From assembly GCA_028706405.1 (NCBI GenBank), contig JAQWBM010000004.1:3294-67293 (forward strand): 64,000 nt of DNA. Direction: 5' to 3'. Below, piece after piece: positions 60,619-64,000 of this stretch; within the stretch, counting starts at the first letter, position 1; each line of letters starts with the position of its first letter. Both the position numbers and the translations under genes were made by a program. The notes beneath the pieces were generated by a model that did no database searches, was not told where the DNA came from, and worked only from the letters and a program-made list of their open reading frames with translations. Origin of the DNA: Eubacteriales bacterium. GTDB lineage: Bacteria; Bacillota; Clostridia; Peptostreptococcales; Anaerovoracaceae.

Positions 60619-61766
60619 CGCAAGAAATAGATGAAATGCTTGATTTTCTTCTTTATGAAAAAGGCGAGGAAATTACGATTAATGTAGCAGTGCAAGTTGC
60701 TCTGATAATAGATGCGGCAGATAAGCCGACCTATTATGATGATAAAATTATCCGTGTGAAAGGCCAGTTAAAAACCGGCGATATGATTGGATATAACAAT
60801 GTTAAATATCTTGTTATCAGCCAGGTCAATAAAGAAGAAAAATCATATAAGGCAAGAATCAGAAAATGCAGCTATCGTATTGCTTTCAACTGGTCGGGTA
60901 ATATTAAATGGTTTGATTGTATTGAAGAAAGTAGCTTCTTTGATGTCTCTACCGGTACTATTATTTCCACAGCTACTGGGAATATTTTTGTTACTCTTCC
61001 GTACAATTCTGATACAAGAGCTATTTCTTTAAGCCAGAGATTCTACGTGACCAATCAACCGTTTAAAGTGGTCGGAATCGATAAATCGCAAGAGGGACTT
61101 ATAAAGTTAAACTGCGCATTAGATACGATTATTCAGACTGATGATGATGTCGAGAATAATATTGCAGATCGATGGAAATACGAAGTGGCGCATACGTACG
61201 CTCTTACCATTATTAATGGGGATGCGGCCAATGTCCTTATTAATGATGTTATGCAATTGAATGTAACGGCTACGGATAATGGAACGTCCATAACAAATCC
61301 GGCGGTTACCTTTGCCAGTAATAATCCGGAAATTGTAAGTGTTGATAATTCTGGAAAGGTGATGGGCATTGAGTTGGGACAGGCAACTGTTACTGCCAAG
61401 CTGACATATCATAATACGATTTCAGATACGATAACTGTAACATCAGTAGAAACAGAAACCCATAATTATTCGATCAGTATTTCCGGCAGCAGCACGATTA
61501 TGAGCGGAGTAAAGAAGTCTTTTGTTTCACATATTTATGATAACGGTTCGGAAGTTACGGATAAATCCGTTGTATGGAGCATCAGGAATCAAGATGGGAC
61601 TACGTCGATGGCATATGCTACGATCACAGCAAGTACCGGCACCAGTGTCACCGTAAAAGCTGATTTAAGCATCAGCTGCGTCGGAAAATATGTGGTTTTG
61701 AAGGCAACTTTGTCTGATGATGCGACCGTCTTTAGTGAACACATAATTGAGATAATTGATATTTAA
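60615..61766 (+). CDS. Virion-associated protein with bacterial Ig-like (Big_2) domain(s)
   Basis: VTFASNNPEIVSVDNSGKVMGIELGQATVTA Ig motif; beta-barrel-like N-terminal region. Confidence 0.75.
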   Translation: MTQEIDEMLDFLLYEKGEEITINVAVQVALIIDAADKPTYYDDKIIRVKGQLKTGDMIGYNNVKYLVISQVNKEEKSYKARIRKCSYRIAFNWSGNIKWFDCIEESSFFDVSTGTIISTATGNIFVTLPYNSDTRAISLSQRFYVTNQPFKVVGIDKSQEGLIKLNCALDTIIQTDDDVENNIADRWKYEVAHTYALTIINGDAANVLINDVMQLNVTATDNGTSITNPAVTFASNNPEIVSVDNSGKVMGIELGQATVTAKLTYHNTISDTITVTSVETETHNYSISISGSSTIMSGVKKSFVSHIYDNGSEVTDKSVVWSIRNQDGTTSMAYATITASTGTSVTVKADLSISCVGKYVVLKATLSDDATVFSEHIIEIIDI

Positions 61767-61776
61767 CAGCGATATG

Positions 61777-61801
61777 GGGCTTGCCAAGCGGCAAGTCCTT
61801 T
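61777..61801 (+). terminator. Terminator closing the structural operon
   Basis: GGGCTTGCC-AAGC-GGCAAGTCC followed by TTT. Confidence 0.75.
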
Positions 61802-61822
61802 CTAATATAAAGGGGAATTTAA

Positions 61823-61945
61823 ATGATAGAAATTTCAGTATTACAAATACTTTTAAAAGAAAATTTGATCACGAAAAGTGAATTTGATAAAGCAAGCAAA
61901 GAAGTCAAGAAAATGGCTAAAAATCAACAGTTAGAGCTTGATTAA
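61823..61945 (+). CDS. 40-aa SHOCT-like microprotein upstream of the recombinase (not in ORF track)
   Basis: MIEISVLQILLKENLITKSEFDKASKEVKKMAKNQQLELD*; AAAGGGGA RBS. Confidence 0.6.
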   Translation: MIEISVLQILLKENLITKSEFDKASKEVKKMAKNQQLELD

Positions 61946-62016
61946 TCATGCATAAGATTATATCATGCAGTGGACGCAATAGGAAAATTTTAGGTATTTA
62001 AGAAAGGTTATTATTC

Positions 62017-63597
62017 ATGGATAAAGTAGTATATTACGGCAGAGTATCAACAGAAGAAAAGGATCAGGTCTTAGCATTATCAAGACAAAAAGAGGAACTG
62101 GAAGAATACATTAATTCCCAGATCGACTGGGAGCTTGTGGGTGCATATGTTGATGAAGGAAAAAGCGGCACGAGCGAACAGGGCAGAAAGCAATATCAGA
62201 AATTATATGATGATTTGGAATCAGATAAGTTTGACATTGTAGTGATTAAAGATATTTCCCGGCTTAACCGGGATACGTTAAACTGGTACCTTTTTGTTGA
62301 TAGATTATTGAAAAATGAAAAGAAGTTGTTTTTCTATGATGAGAAAAACTACTATAGACCAGATGACGCTTTGATTATAGGGGTAAGAGCATTGATAGCG
62401 GCTCAATTCAGCAGGGACTTAAGCAAAAAAATCAATATGGCTCATACGCAAAGGGCAAAGAAGGGCAGAGCCGTCACGAACGGGAAAATGTGGGGTTACA
62501 ATCAGCACGATGGGCAGCTAACCATTAATGAAGAACAGGCCGAAGTGGTCAGAAAAGTCTTTGCTATGTATATTGATGGAATGGGCTTCCGAACTATTGT
62601 GAAAGAATTTACACGACTTGGAATTTTTAATCAGGATGGTAATGAGTTTTCAGAAACAACACTTAAGCGGATGATTCGGAATGAAAAGTATAAGGGGGTT
62701 CTGATCAGCAATAAGCGGCATAAGGATTTTGATACAAAAAAAGTTAATGACGTTCCTGAAGACCAGTGGATTGTCAGGGAAGGTGCTGTCCCTCCAATTG
62801 TGAGTACTGAGATTTGGGATCAGGCAAATGAAATCCTGGCTGGTAAGAGGCAGGTTTATAAAGATGGGGACAAAGAAAAGATGGCTGGTTATTTTAAAGG
62901 CGGCTATGTTTACTCGGGTAAAATCAAGTGCGAAGCTTGTGGAGAGACTTATTGGCATCAAACATATAAGTACACTACCAAAAAAGGTATGGCAGAGCAG
63001 GATGTTTGGCAGTGCGGTACATATCGGAAATTTGGAAAGTATACGGAGGACGGTTGTGGAAATCCACAGATTAAAACTGAGGAATTGGATCGAATGGTTA
63101 AAGGCGTAATATTTGACTTTTGGAATAATAAGGACAGTGTTATCAAAAATGCTTTAAAGGCTTTAGATAAATCACTCGGGGAGGACACTTCACTTGAGGA
63201 AATTAAAAAGTGTGATTCAGAAATTGCGAAACTGGAGAAGAAAAAAGAAAACCTCATCAATATGCGGGTGAATGCGGAAATTACAAAGGATGAGTTCGTA
63301 ATGCAAAAGGAGAAACTTGAAGGTGTAATTGAAAACTTCCGAAAGCAGACAAAAGAATTAGAAGTTAAAAGCTCAGAATTAGTCGACAAGAAAAAAAGAC
63401 TACTACTTATAAAGGACTTTCTTGGGGATAAATTGAAAAGTCCCGAGGGCATTGATGAAGAAATTATAAAACACTTTTTAATAGAAGTTCTTATAAAGAA
63501 AAATGGTGAGGTTGCTATCACATTAGATGGTGGCCTCACTTTTTTATGTAAAAGGGATGGCGGTGAAAATAATAGTCAGATGGACATTGCGGTTTAG
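62017..63597 (+). CDS. Large serine recombinase (integrase)
   Basis: YGRVSTEE (catalytic Ser), DISRLNR, recombinase domain, Zn ribbon CEACG...WQC, coiled coil; promoter TTGATT(61938)-N17-TATCAT. Confidence 0.95.
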   Translation: MDKVVYYGRVSTEEKDQVLALSRQKEELEEYINSQIDWELVGAYVDEGKSGTSEQGRKQYQKLYDDLESDKFDIVVIKDISRLNRDTLNWYLFVDRLLKNEKKLFFYDEKNYYRPDDALIIGVRALIAAQFSRDLSKKINMAHTQRAKKGRAVTNGKMWGYNQHDGQLTINEEQAEVVRKVFAMYIDGMGFRTIVKEFTRLGIFNQDGNEFSETTLKRMIRNEKYKGVLISNKRHKDFDTKKVNDVPEDQWIVREGAVPPIVSTEIWDQANEILAGKRQVYKDGDKEKMAGYFKGGYVYSGKIKCEACGETYWHQTYKYTTKKGMAEQDVWQCGTYRKFGKYTEDGCGNPQIKTEELDRMVKGVIFDFWNNKDSVIKNALKALDKSLGEDTSLEEIKKCDSEIAKLEKKKENLINMRVNAEITKDEFVMQKEKLEGVIENFRKQTKELEVKSSELVDKKKRLLLIKDFLGDKLKSPEGIDEEIIKHFLIEVLIKKNGEVAITLDGGLTFLCKRDGGENNSQMDIAV

Positions 63598-63735
63598 TAA
63601 AAAGATTAATGATTCGGTCGATAATTGTTGTTTATATTAATCTGCAATGGTAAAATAAGTAAAACTAAACTTGAATTGGTTTGTAAAGCTGAGCAGTCGT
63701 TTCCTCGAGTATTTGAAGAAAGGGAGAATTATTTT

Positions 63736-64000
63736 ATGTATTGCAGTAATTGTGGATTTGAAATTAATGATGACTCCAAGTTTTGCTCAAATTGCGGATA
63801 CAGTATTGTTAAAGACAAGGAACCATTATCGAAATGTGAGAATCATACTTATGAAGAGAATGAAGATGTTGCTGAACCAGCCCCGAAAACTACATCGGCT
63901 AGAGATTCTATTATTAAAGTAAAAAACATTCTGATGAAGAATAGAAAGATTTCGATTATTATAGGGTGTATTACTATTATTTTGATAATCGTTATAATCA
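63736..64000 (+). CDS. 5' part of a zinc-ribbon membrane protein; runs off the window edge
   Basis: MYCSNCGFEINDDSKFCSNCG... followed by a TM segment; GGGAG RBS. Confidence 0.75.
   Translation, partial: MYCSNCGFEINDDSKFCSNCGYSIVKDKEPLSKCENHTYEENEDVAEPAPKTTSARDSIIKVKNILMKNRKISIIIGCITIILIIVII

Larger units (their letters stand above)
26968..63600. mobile_element. Integrated phage-like element inserted in comM; right boundary not fixed
   Basis: Starts where comM homology breaks; contains replication, packaging and head genes; serine recombinase at the right end; nearly all genes on +; visibly more AT-rich stretches than the host part. Confidence 0.85.

Noticed and set aside
62958-63539. Long antisense ORFs in the track (also 41385-41834, 3832-4344, 47316-47756, 5497-6279)
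   Set aside because: They shadow well-supported genes on the opposite strand and show no motifs or RBS.
63560-63600. attR at the integrase 3' end (CAG ATG GAC ATT GCG GTT, reading MDIAV like ComM DR-x-D-I-x-V)
   Set aside because: It is followed at once by TAG TAA, no frame continues as ComM, and there is no convincing inverted symmetry with the attL half.

Overview
Firmicutes DNA, Clostridia-like by inference from gene content. Bases 1-26.9 kb are ordinary chromosome: hom, trmL, rpoN, gap-pgk-tpiA-eno-secG, a K+-dependent membrane pyrophosphatase, a liv ABC transporter, rnr, trkA-trkH-trkH, a BlaI-family regulator, yraN and comM/yifB. comM is cut at about 26967, inside its arginine-finger codon. 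From there an integrated element of at least 36 kb runs to a large serine recombinase (62017-63597); its right attachment site and the 3' part of comM were not found in the window. The left arm carries cargo: an HD alarmone-hydrolase-like protein, a Nim-like protein, a secreted nuclease, an AbrB-like protein, a LexA-boxed Zn-finger gene, and a YeeABC-type methylase/helicase/GIY-YIG operon. The core encodes a ~1087-aa single-subunit two-barrel RNA polymerase (cellular-RdRP/YonO family, ADFDGD), an AEP primase-CHC2 protein, a Topo VI-A-like TOPRIM protein, a ParB-methylase, an Xer-like recombinase with an adjacent dif-like site, and terminase, portal, scaffold, capsid and neck genes. No tail tube, tape measure, baseplate or lysis genes are recognisable before the integrase. 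The main candidate for an undescribed system is this apparently tail-less, capsid-forming element with its own RNA polymerase. All family assignments are by visual motif recognition; no searches were run.
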